From Parasitella parasitica NRRL 2501 (lineage: Eukaryota > Fungi > Mucoromycota), in NCBI GenBank assembly GCA_025201805.1, contig MU619239.1, forward strand, positions 158,367-222,366: a DNA stretch of 64,000 nt. The letters are read 5' to 3'. Position numbers and translations under genes: made by a program. Below, in pieces: positions 52,787-64,000 of this stretch. Below the pieces are notes generated by a model. The model saw only the letters and a list, made by a program, of their open reading frames with translations. It was not told where the DNA came from and did no database searches. The stretch's first letter is position 1; every line of letters begins with the position of its first letter.

Positions 52787-54651
52787 CTAGTATTTCATTT
52801 CTGATTCCCAGAAACCGACAGTGGGGAAAGTAGAAGCAAATTCAGAGACTTCCTTCTTCAATTCTTGAATAGAAGCAATATCACTACCATCGCCAATATG
52901 AGCCTTGAAATCAGCCAATTTCTTTCCAGTAGCCTTAGCCTTCTCCTCTTGTGTAATCTTGACGGAACGGTCAATGAAATCAGCAATCTTTACGAAATCA
53001 GATTCCTTGAAGCCACGGCTGGTCATGGCAGGAGTACCGATACGAAGACCGCCAGGAATCAAGGCACTCTTGTCGCCAGGAACAGTGTTTTTGTTGGTGG
53101 CAATGTTGACCAACTCTAGGACACGCTCAACACGAGCACCGTCAACACCTTTTGACTTGAGGTCGACCAAAAGCAAATGGTTGTCGGTACCGCCGGAAAC
53201 GAGATTATAATTGAGTTCATTGAAACGAGTGGCAAAAGCAGCGTTGTTCTTCAAAACTTGGGTTTGGTATTCTTTGAAAAGAGGTGATTTGACTTGCTTG
53301 AGGGCGACAGACAAAGCACTAATAGTGTGGTTGTGGGGTCCGCCTTGATGGCCAGGGAATACGGATTGGTTGATGGCATTTTCCAAGTCGTAGTTGGTTT
53401 CTAGATGAAAAATCGTTGTAGTCGAGCCAAAGAGAGAGCACGTCCGTTTAAAATCTCTTACCTTTGCCCTTCTTATCGACGCTGCGAAGGCCCTTTCTGA
53501 AAAAGATCATGGCACCACGAGGGCCACGAAGAGATTTGTGAGTAGTAGTAGTAACAATGTCAGCATATTCGAAAGGACCAGGCAAGACGCCAGCAGCAAT
53601 CAGACCAGAAATATGCGCAACATCAGCCATCAAGTAGGCACCACATTTATCGGCAATCTAAAAAACCAAATCACAGTTACTATCCCACAAAATAGATAAT
53701 CTAGAATCGAGGCTTTTTTTTTTTTTACCTCTCTCATTCTGGCGTAATCAATGTTACGGGCATAAGCGGAAGCACCAGCAACAATGACCTTGGGTCTGTA
53801 GAGAATAGCGTTCTTCTCCAAGGTGTCATAATCAATGCGGCCAGTGCTTTCATCCAAACGGTAGGGCAAAGTCTCAAAATAAGCAGAGACCTGAGAAATC
53901 TTCTTGTTGGGAAGTTGGTAGCCATGAGACAAACTGCGCTGCAAGTTAACGCTCCAGTTCCCATCCTGTTATTATCAGTATACTTACTGTCCACCATGGG
54001 GGAGATCGAGACCCATAATACGATCGTGAGGCTTCAAGATAGCACCGTAGACGTACAAATTAGCAGGAGCGCCAGACAAAGGCTGGACATTAACACCCCA
54101 CTTTTCGTTGTTGAGGTCAAAGGCTTCCAAAGCTCTCTTCCGACAAAGGTTCTCGGACATGTCGATAAACTCATTACCACCATAGTAACGGGCACCAGGG
54201 TAGCCTTCAGAATACTTGTTCTGCATAACACTGCCGAGGGCATCCATCACAGCTCTGGAAGTGAAGTTCTAAATAGCCACATGTTGGTGCAAACTTTCAG
54301 CAATTCCGATAGCCACAATTACCTCTGAGGGGATGAGATCAACGCTCTCTTGCTGTCTCTTTTTTTCCTTTTCGATGATATCGAACATTTCAGGATCCAT
54401 CTTTTCAAGCCTATCATTGAGGAACTAGAGGCCAACCGTCAATGCAAGTGTCTACGCAAGGAAAGCTACAACTTACCTCTTGCTGACCAGCAGGGAAAAC
54501 ATAGCCACGCTACGGAAACAAGACGGTTCAGCATAATGTACTGACATTTGAATTACAATGGATGTATGGTTACCTTGGCTTGGCTGATGGCAGGTCTGGC
54601 CATACGCAAGGTGGAGGGCTTGGCAGCATTGGCGATAAGAGATCTAAGCAT
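52787..54651 (-). CDS. SHM1: Serine hydroxymethyltransferase, mitochondrial, multi-exon
   Basis: [25 protein letters not shown]-lysine [13 protein letters not shown] and FPGHQGGPH. The presequence [28 protein letters not shown] is Arg-rich and free of acidic residues. Confidence 0.95.
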
Positions 54652-54811
54652 TTTTTTTACAGATTGTGTGTGAGAGGAGAAATGAAGAGGGAAAAAAGCG
54701 AAAAATAAACAAGATGTATTTATCTCTTATGTGAGCGGGGGAGCCAGGAGACGCAAAGTATAAGGAATTTGGTGAGTGGAAAAGCCTAAAAGAGGCAATG
54801 GCTCTTCCACC

Positions 54812-54817
54812 GAGTCA
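54812..54817 (-). promoter_or_regulatory. Candidate Gcn4/Bas1-type TGACTC site upstream of SHMT
   Basis: gagtca on + (TGACTC on -) about 160 nt upstream of the ATG. A single hexamer, so it may be chance. Confidence 0.25.
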
Positions 54818-55341
54818 ATCCACCGCGTCAAAAAAATTTACAAAAAAAAGATTGCCTTCACAGCTGTCTTTTTATGAGTTTTGAGATTATCATTGCATTG
54901 AGTGTAGGATGCTCTACATGAAAAGATGCCCCTGCAAACAGGCTGTGCCACTTTTACTTGAGAACTCGTTTCATTGAATAACACGGCTGCACTTTGTTTA
55001 AAACCCACAGCAACATGGCATGGATCTTCAGTGTCATATTGGGTGTGAGAAAAATATGGACCCAAAGCTATAATTTCTGTTTGTGGAGCAAATCAAGCAA
55101 AAGAATTCAGCGCCTATTCAACTTGGCAAAAAAAAAAAAGAGATACAGTTATTTATTGCTCATTTTAGATGTTTGTAGGACCTGACATGGTATACAGTTT
55201 TTACAAATAAAGATTATTACACACTGCATTTTGAATATGCAACTTTGTGTGTATAAAGTAGCGCGACAAGATCAACCATATATTCCCATGTTGAAATTAG
55301 TTTTAAATATTTATTTGAGTTCGTTTGGCCTAAAGGACTAT

Positions 55342-56258
55342 CTATGCTTCTTGAGCCAAATAACCTCTGTTCTTGGGATCCGAATAATATTCTATATTAC
55401 ATGTTACCATATTATATCCTGCAATATACCTCAACTCAAACACTTACTGATTTCTTCCTTTCGTAATGGTGCCGCCAATTTAGGTAATTGTGCAAATTTC
55501 TCGGGGCGAACAACAGATCTCAAACCAAGAGCATTATAGTAGCGGGTAACAATCTTACCACCAGCCTTTTCCACAGCCTCAATGGCCTTTTGCGATGCTC
55601 TAGAGACTTCAATTGTGACAGGAATTGTAAACATTTCGGCCCCCTGAGTTTGCCAACTGTCAGCCTTAAACATACAAGACTTCTTCCTCTTATCAAAACT
55701 TACGACACTCAACAACTTGACGCCATCCTCAATTTTATGTATACAGCGGCTATCTAAAAGGTGCTTCATTGTAATGGGCTGAGAAGCATCGATACGACCT
55801 GTTTGAATCCAATGCTGTAAACGATCCAAATTCAATTCTTGATACTCTTTGCCATGGCTAAATTGTAAACCATCGTTAACGTCAGGATACCAAATACCAG
55901 ACACAATCCCTACATGTTGTAGAACCCACGCTTAGGCAAGCGTCTAACTAATGGAGTTTGACCACCTTCAAACCAAGGCACAGGCTGTCCATTACCTGAA
56001 CGAGCCTTTTGCCCTTTATGGCCACGACCTGCCGTTTTACCTTTACCATAACCAGGACCACGACCAACACGTGTACGCTATAATTTATTAGGTCTTTCAG
56101 ATAGTAGAGTCTATGGTGATGTATACCTCAGACACTGCACCAGCGTTATCAGCCAAATGGCCAAGATTAACAGGGATCTTGGGAGGATGAACATGTATTG
56201 ACATTGCACGAACAGGAACTAATGTCGTGATACGGGTTGAAAATACTGAACGAAGCAT
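55342..56258 (-). CDS. MRPL10: Mitochondrial ribosomal protein uL15m, multi-exon
   Basis: [52 protein letters not shown] and [11 protein letters not shown]. Presequence [12 protein letters not shown]. Confidence 0.94.
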
Positions 56259-56735
56259 TTGAAGGATACGTTGCTGTTGACAGATAGATCAATGGGTTAA
56301 ACAAGGGAAAAAACATTCTAATTCAAGGGTGATGTTCAATAAAAACGGTGACAGGTTTGGATTTTTGAGAGACAGCCAAGTTAGCATCGTAGTATACGGT
56401 ATTCACTGCATACCGCAGCAGTTCAGAGTGAGTGTGTAGCGCTGGTAACTGTCTTGTATTATTTCAAGAGCTTCTGTAACCTGAATTTTCTGCAAGACAA
56501 CAGTTAACCAACTTCAAATGCTTGGCGGAAATGTCATGACCCACACACTGCTCGAAGGTGCTTACCAAGGAATTAAAAGCTGGTTACTACAGCTGGAAAT
56601 TCAAATGAACCAATGTATAGAATTGGTATCCTAAACAATGCTGACCAAGCGCAGAGTTTTACCAACAACAAACTTTAGCACGTATAACAATAACGCCACT
56701 TTTTACTCTAAATGGCCCAACGCAACGTGTCATTG

Positions 56736-56782
56736 ACTATGAACCCTGTTGTAAAACTATGAACCCTATTGTGTTTAACTAT
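56736..56782. repeat. Short tandem repeat, 20-bp unit, about 2.3 copies
   Basis: actatgaaccctgttgtaaa / actatgaaccctattgtgttta / actat. Confidence 0.7.
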
Positions 56783-57130
56783 TTTCATCATCCTGTTTTT
56801 TGCTGTCGCACTGCAAAGGCCTGATCTTGCAACTAGAAAGGTGTCTTTATTATCATATCAATACAAAAGACCAGTCTGATTGTTTGAAGTCTTTGATGTT
56901 ATTGTTACCGATATCCGCCATTATTATATAGTCTATCTGATTGTTAGTACTCCTATTTCATCTATGAATGAGCTCTGCTTTATTCTGTGAATATTGATTT
57001 GTTCATTGTAGTGTAATAGAACTATCAGCTCATAAATGAGTCAAATGATAGACTAATTAACCATTGTGTAAAAATGAGATAGCATGGCGCCTTTATCCCT
57101 GTTAAGCCATCAGACCTCATCTGCTTGAAA

Positions 57131-57138
57131 TATAAATA
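57131..57138 (+). promoter_or_regulatory. Candidate TATA box
   Basis: TATAAATA about 70 nt upstream of the ATG at 57204, followed by an A-rich leader. Confidence 0.45.
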
Positions 57139-57203
57139 GAGAAAGATATTTTAAACAAACTATCATCATAAAAAAAATACCAACTACTAAGAAAAAGAAA
57201 AAA

Positions 57204-58968
57204 ATGTCTGCAGAACAAGAAAAACTTTCACCCCTTCAGGCACTTGAAAACATCTGGAGCGCAATGCAACCTAACGGTTCCGATAAAAACAACGACAACG
57301 AAGCCGAATCAACCATGTCAAAGGCTGTTTTGTATTTGAATTCTCAAACACAAGAAAAGTGGGATTTAGAGAACCCTACTTATGAAGAGAAGTTGAAAGA
57401 TGCAGTGCTTATGGCAGCTGAGACCATTGTCTTTCTTGGTAAAAAATAAACTCGTATATTTTTTTATACTTCAGCTAACATTTATCTTTACCCTAGACAT
57501 TGGACCAGCGGATGGAGAAGTTCAATATTGGGCAAAGAAATTCAGCAAAAGACCATTAGACACAAGACTGCTGTAATTATCTCTTATAATAGTGCTCTAG
57601 CAAATACTGACCCCTCCCCCTTTTTTTTCTAGAAATAGTCATATAATTGCATGGAAATCAATCAAAGATTCTCAGGTAACTGTCAACGGAAAGTTGGAGC
57701 CTCCTCCTAAGGGAGGTATCAGTTATGAATTTATGAAAGGGTATGAAATGCTGAACTCTCCTGGAGATGCTGATGTTGATCAGAAGACAGCCTCCATTTC
57801 GGCTGTCATGAAATATCTTTTCAAGGCGTTTATTACAAACTTCAAGAAAAACTACTACGACCAAAAATTCGAGGAAGTTTTCAACAGCGAAGAAACCGAC
57901 AAGGTTATTATTGTGATACCAGTTCCTCACTATTACACTTCTGAAGACAAGAAGGCGATGTTGAAGGCAGCAGAAGATGCTGAGCTGAGCAAATATGGCA
58001 ACGTGCTCCTTGAAGACTCACTTTATCTTTTAGCCCGTTATACTTTGGATTCTGCTGAAGGTAATCACACAATAAGGTGTCTTAACTTAGAGGCCAGCAA
58101 ATTTGAAAGTATCGAAGTTAATTGTAATCATGACGGAGTTAAGAGGATCGAAAATGCTCACCAGCTTGGTGAAGGCTTCGTTGATATGGTCAAGGATATT
58201 GAAAGTCTTTTACGAAAAGAATGGCTGATATCTACTGTCTGCAATAAAGACTTGAAGCAAATTGCAAATGATGTCTTGATAGACTCTGTTTACATGGCCA
58301 ATGGTACTGAAACTTGCTATATTGCTGATGAGGACCTTGAGGATGCTGTTAAAAAAGAGATGGATGATGACGAGGACAAGGACGAGTTTGTAGACACAAA
58401 GCAATCACAAATTAAGGCATTAGTCGATCACAGACACTATCAAATGTATAATATTTGCAGAGAAATCGGTGAGACGCAAGACTTCGAGAATCAGCTCAAA
58501 GCCAAACTCAAAGAGCACAAAGTTGTCTTCCAGAATAATTTCCCAGAGGACGTGGATGCTGAATTCAAGATATTTATGGCATCACCTGAAGCGCAGAAAA
58601 CTATGTGGGAGTTACTTGTAAGTTTTTCATTATGATTATTAAACAACATCTAAGTCAATTGTTTATAGCATGGAAATAAACTAAACAACGAAGAGGATAT
58701 CGTTCTGTCAGACCGTAAAAGGGATGTTCTTATTAGTGGCGAAAGTATCCAAAAGTTTGTAGAGGACATAATACAAATGAAGTTCAAAAAAGATATTCTC
58801 GAAAAGGAATTCAAACGTGGCAAAGAAGAATGTAAAATGGATTCTCTGCGTTTACATGGTATCTTGACAGGCGTTCACTACCTAAAGACCGATGATGATT
58901 TTTTTGTACAACACTTGTCCTTGGCAACAACGTTTTTTGAACACTGCCCAGCCATCACTCCAGAATAA
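57204..58968 (+). CDS. Divergent Hsp70/actin-like-fold protein, 531 aa, 4 exons, ATP motifs degenerate
   Basis: Exons 57204-57438, 57497-57572, 57633-58617 and 58669-58968 splice in frame. Segments collinear with the Hsp70 NBD: IVFLDIG, VIIVIPVPHYYTSEDKKAMLKAAEDAEL, IRCLNLEASKF and HQLGEGFVD. Confidence 0.65.
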
Positions 58969-59178
58969 AAAAAACAGCTACAAGAATTTGAACCTATGCA
59001 TGTGTGAAAACAATTATATGCACATGCACCTATGTTATCACAAAGTTTAAAAATTCAACCATGTAGACTGCTATTATCTGCCAAATAAATCTTATGTTCT
59101 ATAAATCTCAAAACAAGAGGCTATTTGTCTTGTATATTTCATTATACAAATATGAACTACTTTGTATCGTCTAGAGGA

Positions 59179-61089
59179 TTAGTGTTTGTTGTTTAAAAGA
59201 GGTTGACTTTCACCATCTGCGCCACCCGCAAAGTGATGCTCAGGAGATGTAGACAAGGAAGTCTTGGGAACAGAACCATACGCAGGCTTCAAGTATGGCT
59301 CAACAACTTTTTTGCTGCTTGAAGAATCGGTAGAGTTTTCACGACTAAGACTAAGCTTGTTGTTATTGCCTTGGGTTTGACGCTTGTGAGCTGTCAATAA
59401 ACGAGTTAATCTGCTATTTCGTCTGCTCTGAACTTGGCGACGCACGACTTTAATCTTGTTGTGCACTACAACAAAAAAAAAAAAAAAATTGAAATCAATC
59501 AATATACAGACTCGACACAAATCTACTCTGCTTTACCATCAACATAAACGTCAGTTTCGTCAATAATTTCTTCGCCTATCAACTCTTCAATGACATCCTC
59601 AAGAGTGATCACACCCAAGGCACCCCGGTGAGCTCCGGGATCTTCAGAAATCAAAGCCATATGACTTTTACCCTCTTGGAAAAAATTCAAGATATCAAGA
59701 CAGCTAGTCTCAGGCCCAGTTTCAGGTAAGGTACTGAGCTGCAGATCTTTGACTGGAAGAGCGTCTTCAGGGTCATACGTAATTAAGCGCTTGGTCAGAA
59801 GCATACCCACAAAATTGGCGTTATCTCCAGGAACGTGCACGGGAATGCGAGAATAACCCGCAAGTAAAATCTACGCAATAAATGCGGCCAGTCAGGGACA
59901 TTTTTTTTTGGCTATTGTATTTGGTAATTACTCTGTCTACGAGCTCCTCGTTCAAAATAGTTTCAGTCGAGAGGGTGAATACATCCGGAATAGGCGTCAT
60001 GATTTGAGAGACTGGCTTTGATCTTAAATCGAGAACAGCACCGATAATCGTAACTTCGTCTTCGGTCAGTGCGTCAACGTCTGAAGGGTTGACTGATTGA
60101 TGAAGAGACACAAGAGTTTTCAAACCTGACGAAATGCCGTTTAAACATGCTGCGAGACTAAAAGAAAATACACTCACCTGCTTTCTTGTAAATAGTGCCA
60201 TGAGATTTACCCAAGAAAAAATCCAAAAGCAGAGCAGTAGGGTAAGCAATGGGGTACATGACATACATCAATGCAAGCACCATCCTAAAAAAAATAAATT
60301 ACAATGTCAATACCGGTCAAGCAATATTTACACAGCCTTTGCTCGTCTTACCCTGAGGCCTTTGCACCGATTGCTAAACCGTAACGCACACAAATAGCTA
60401 CACAAAGAAATTAGTCATCATTGCCTCAGTTAGCGTCTTGTTGTTTAAATTGCATACATTGTGGGATTACCCTAAAATGAAACATGTTAAGAGTGTGTTA
60501 TTTCTAAAGAAGAAGAAAAAAGACTTACTCTCCAAAGATGACAATCAAAGCAGTAGAAATAACAACAGCTTTCCAGCCTCCCCCAAGCACACCGTCCAGA
60601 ATAATAGGCAGAGTCTCATTGACGATAACATTGGATAAAAGCAAGGTAACCAAAACCCAGTGCTTTCCATGACTAAGTAACTTCAGCACCTGCTTTGCGT
60701 ACTTTTTTTCTGATTCTGTACCGGATTGAATAAGAACATGAAGGTTGGTTTCATCCATACCCATCAGACCAAGTGTCAGGCCTACAAAAGAGGAGAAAGA
60801 AAAAGTGCATGTAGGCGTCAATCAAACAGGTATCAGGCTATTGACTCTCTTTTTTCTTTATTGTTTTCATACCAGCAAATGCACCACCTGTCAAGACGAG
60901 CGCCATGATGATGGCTAGTTTCTCGTAAAACTCGGGAGAGCCATAATCAATTTCAGGTTCTGTGACAATAACCTCTGGGTTGGTATATTGACTCAAGGGA
61001 TGGCCATAGATTGTCGAGGTGAGAGATATGGTTGCCAAAACGACAGTTCGTACAGAGCTCAAGTGGGCCGTGCTTTTTATACTGGGCAT
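59179..61089 (-). CDS. MAM3: Mam3/CNNM-family DUF21 + CBS-pair membrane protein, multi-exon
   Basis: [64 protein letters not shown] and [17 protein letters not shown]. Confidence 0.93.
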
Positions 61090-61358
61090 TAAACGAATAT
61101 GATTATTGAAAAGAAAAAAGAAAGTAAAGGAATCACTCTGAAATTACATTTCTTTTCCTTCTTCAAATGGCTAGTCCAAGGGTGGCGTCTCATTCCGGTA
61201 ATAACAAGAAACCCATGACTTCCCAAGTATTGGATATGTACGTAGTATAACGTTGCAGTGTACCGGTGCCAGCAATACTTATCAGCCGACAAAGATCGTA
61301 AATTTATAAAATCTAGCAAATTGTGATACAAACAAGGTTTCTATACAATTGTCCGTTT

Positions 61359-64000
61359 TTATTTCTGCAACAAATAAGCCAACCCATTGCAGAATACGTC
61401 GAGTTCTTCGACTCTTTTATCACGAATCATCTGCTTAAAACTAGATGTTTGACAGGACTCGGTCATAAACTGCAAAATAGTCTTTAGAACCTCTCTCAAA
61501 ATTGTAGCGAACGGCCAAGTGTCAGAGACAATGCCGCCGTCCTTCTCCATTGGGTCGTAGCACTGTCGGTATAGCCCAACCATGCCTTCCAGACACGCGA
61601 ACCGACTTTCTCCATTGCTGATTATGTGCTTGATTTTCTCCAATATCCAATGTTCACACAGACTTTTCACAACAGTCGATCCAAACCGATCGGATATGAG
61701 CAATAAATCTATGACGGCGCTCCAGCTCGTCGACGGCGCCAGCACTTGATCCACCAGCGATAAATCACATCTTGACACCTCGGCCTCTTCGTTTAATCGG
61801 TGAATTACATTTATAAATAGCTCCAAACTGTGGAACGTTACATCATGCAATGGGATGGCTGCCAACTTGGATTCAGCGTAGTCTGCACTGAGCAATGCAT
61901 CAAAAATAGGAGACCGAGCTCGAAGCAGTTGTCGATTGCCAGATATAAACCTTCTGGGTGCTGCGTCGTCAGTTACAAATGACACCACTTGGAGGGACTG
62001 ATCCAGTGGCATGTGGGTAGGCAGCAATATAGTCTCTCGGATGGATTCAGTCTCTACCTTCCAAACAACCTCAAACTCCAATGCTAGTGTTTCCAACACT
62101 TGAGCCGCAGCAAATCGACGGAATGGTGTAATTAAGCTCAGCAAAGAATCGGCAGGTACGTGGTCCATCTGCTGCTTCGTGTCGCCACCGTCATCGTCTT
62201 GTTGCTCTTCTCCGTATTCAAGCTCATACACCAGCATCTGACAGAAAATGCCAAACGCGTGTTTGCTAATCACAATACTGCCATCCAAAACAGCGAGACC
62301 CAGGCTTTGATTCCAGTCCAATTCACTGCGAGATCCCATTGCAGCATACCCCACCGCAACCGCACACATTTCGTGTAGCTTGATGGCATCATGAGCTGTC
62401 TCGGTGAACTTGAATAGACTCAAGAAATCATACATCTTCTTTTCAAACAAATCGTCGCAAACCAATCTGCGCCAGTATTCGTGCGATGTGCCTCGAACAG
62501 GATGCTGCAACATGGGCTGGAAGAAAGACGTAAATGCATCACTCAGCACTGTGAATTGTATATTGTCGTGTGTAATAAGCATGCGAACAGCACATCGTCT
62601 CAAGTGTCCAGCACAGCGAAGATTAGGTGGCTCCTCTTCATGCTGTGGCACGGTTTCCTGGAGATCCTCAATATCCAGAGTAGCATTCGCGGTTAATATA
62701 TTGTCTGTATCAGCATTGTGCGCCACTTCAGTAGTTGCGGGTAGTAATTTCTCAGCAATATTATCTTGGTGCGTCGACAAGACGGTGGCGGTATTGGTGC
62801 TGTCTGGATCATCGCTACAGAAGGAGGTAGATGTGGTCAACTTGAACATACATTGTGGTTGATCCGGGCAGAACGCAGCAGTCAAGCACACCATCAGGCT
62901 GCAAAGGTTGTGCAGCGCTGTCTGATCTGTAATCATCTGCCGACCGCAGATTGGAATGACTGATAGCTGATCCAGTAACTGCGATGCTAATATGATGACT
63001 TGGTGATCTGATTTCAAGAATGCATTGATCTCCCCAAAACTTACCACCTTATCAGTATGATTCCTCCACGGAAATAACACTGATAACAAAACAGGTAAAA
63101 TTGACAGCCTTGCAGGGGAGCTTTCTGTAGTAGTAGAGTACTCTTCGAAAAGCATTGTCATGTCTGCCGGCTCTTGCTTATTCACCGCGGTTTCATCTTT
63201 TTCGACTTTCTGAGCCGACAGGCTATTGTCCCAGCAGAGCCACATTCGCATTGAAGGTTCGTCATACTGAAAAGTGCTAGCCACCATCAAACAGCTAGCA
63301 ATAACATGATTCCAGCCTTTCACGACATCGTTTTCGTTGATGCTAATTCTGCATGCCGTGTCTCGTTTTGCTTCTCTCAGCTGGACGGCCTCTTGCAGTA
63401 GCTTCATAACCATGGGAATCAGATTGCACTCGTCTCGTAGTTTTGTTCTGACAAAGGCTGTGCGACGAGAAAGAGCTGCAATAAAGCGACCGAAAAGGGC
63501 ATAGACAGAAAGCAAGGATGCTGTTTTTTCAATAATTTCACCGCTCGGTATCAACGATACATTTACCAGCTGCAAAACCTGGCAGTCGACTAATCTTTCA
63601 CAGGCGCGAGGCTGTTTGGAGATTGTTTCCAACGACACAAACGCACGCTTGGCCTTGTAGATACTGACAGATTGCTCGGCTGTCAACTCGTGCGCTTTTG
63701 TTAACGACACTGCTGTCAGCAGGCCTTGCTTGGCTATGTCTATAGTGGGCCCCCATACTAGAGACGAGATATTTGTCGAAGATGCCGCAAAACTGTGGAT
63801 GGCATCGTCGTAATGCAAAAAAAAGACAACCAGCTTTTGTATCCGTGAGCGCAAGCCAGATGTTTCCAGCTGATTTGCGTTCAGCAGAATGGTCAAGATG
63901 GATTTCAGGCACCAGGCAACACGGGCCGAGATGGTCTTGATAAAGGAAGGCGTGGCCAACTGCACATGCTGAATGAATGACTCCAGCAACAATACAAATA
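61359..64000 (-). CDS. Armadillo-like helical repeat protein with C-terminal BTB/POZ domain (ARMC5-like architecture), 5' end outside window
   Basis: 877-codon uninterrupted ORF with a Leu-rich helical region. The BTB motif reads VSFV..ISGNRQLLRARSPIFDALLSADYAESKLAAIPLHDV..LLLISDRF. Confidence 0.75.
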   Translation of the reverse strand, partial: FVLLLESFIQHVQLATPSFIKTISARVAWCLKSILTILLNANQLETSGLRSRIQKLVVFFLHYDDAIHSFAASSTNISSLVWGPTIDIAKQGLLTAVSLTKAHELTAEQSVSIYKAKRAFVSLETISKQPRACERLVDCQVLQLVNVSLIPSGEIIEKTASLLSVYALFGRFIAALSRRTAFVRTKLRDECNLIPMVMKLLQEAVQLREAKRDTACRISINENDVVKGWNHVIASCLMVASTFQYDEPSMRMWLCWDNSLSAQKVEKDETAVNKQEPADMTMLFEEYSTTTESSPARLSILPVLLSVLFPWRNHTDKVVSFGEINAFLKSDHQVIILASQLLDQLSVIPICGRQMITDQTALHNLCSLMVCLTAAFCPDQPQCMFKLTTSTSFCSDDPDSTNTATVLSTHQDNIAEKLLPATTEVAHNADTDNILTANATLDIEDLQETVPQHEEEPPNLRCAGHLRRCAVRMLITHDNIQFTVLSDAFTSFFQPMLQHPVRGTSHEYWRRLVCDDLFEKKMYDFLSLFKFTETAHDAIKLHEMCAVAVGYAAMGSRSELDWNQSLGLAVLDGSIVISKHAFGIFCQMLVYELEYGEEQQDDDGGDTKQQMDHVPADSLLSLITPFRRFAAAQVLETLALEFEVVWKVETESIRETILLPTHMPLDQSLQVVSFVTDDAAPRRFISGNRQLLRARSPIFDALLSADYAESKLAAIPLHDVTFHSLELFINVIHRLNEEAEVSRCDLSLVDQVLAPSTSWSAVIDLLLISDRFGSTVVKSLCEHWILEKIKHIISNGESRFACLEGMVGLYRQCYDPMEKDGGIVSDTWPFATILREVLKTILQFMTESCQTSSFKQMIRDKRVEELDVFCNGLAYLLQK

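Noticed and set aside
54340-54540. Alternative ATGs in SHMT that might give a cytosolic isoform
   Set aside because: The intronic ATG is out of frame and the internal Met would truncate the conserved first helix. There is no direct evidence for such an isoform.
57076-57092. gagatagcatggc resembling the U6 snRNA core
   Set aside because: It lacks the ACAGAGA box and the rest of U6.

Overview
Eukaryotic, intron-rich fungal DNA, most consistent with a Mucorales (Mucoromycota) genome: AT-rich, with short GT-AG introns of about 50-90 nt and animal-like genes retained. The window holds about 22 protein-coding genes. In order they are TRM5 (partial), catalase, Old Yellow Enzyme, DENND6-like, an orphan ORF, FAM72-like, a DHHC palmitoyltransferase, COG5, a CDKN3-like phosphatase, a poly(A)-binding protein paralogue, a hypothetical gene, deoxyhypusine hydroxylase, Spa2/GIT-like, WDR24/Rtc1, kinesin-1, dynactin p150, a fungal membrane protein, mitochondrial SHMT, mitochondrial uL15, a degenerate Hsp70-fold protein, Mam3/CNNM and an ARM-BTB protein (partial). 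Non-coding islands include a diverged ~1.4 kb tandem duplication (6.6-9.3 kb) and a pogo/Tc1-like terminal repeat remnant (17.1 kb). I recognised no tRNA, rRNA or CRISPR array. The best leads are: an Hsp70-like protein whose ATP-binding motifs are all eroded; a shared motif block with fold-back potential upstream of TRM5 and uL15m; a possible non-AUG mitochondrial extension of Trm5; a tandem RRKSIV repeat array in p150; a convergent catalase/OYE pair with peroxisomal-type C-termini; and two GC-AG introns. I cannot demonstrate a clearly new multi-gene system from sequence alone. Gene spans were spliced by eye, and family calls come from recalled motifs, not database searches.
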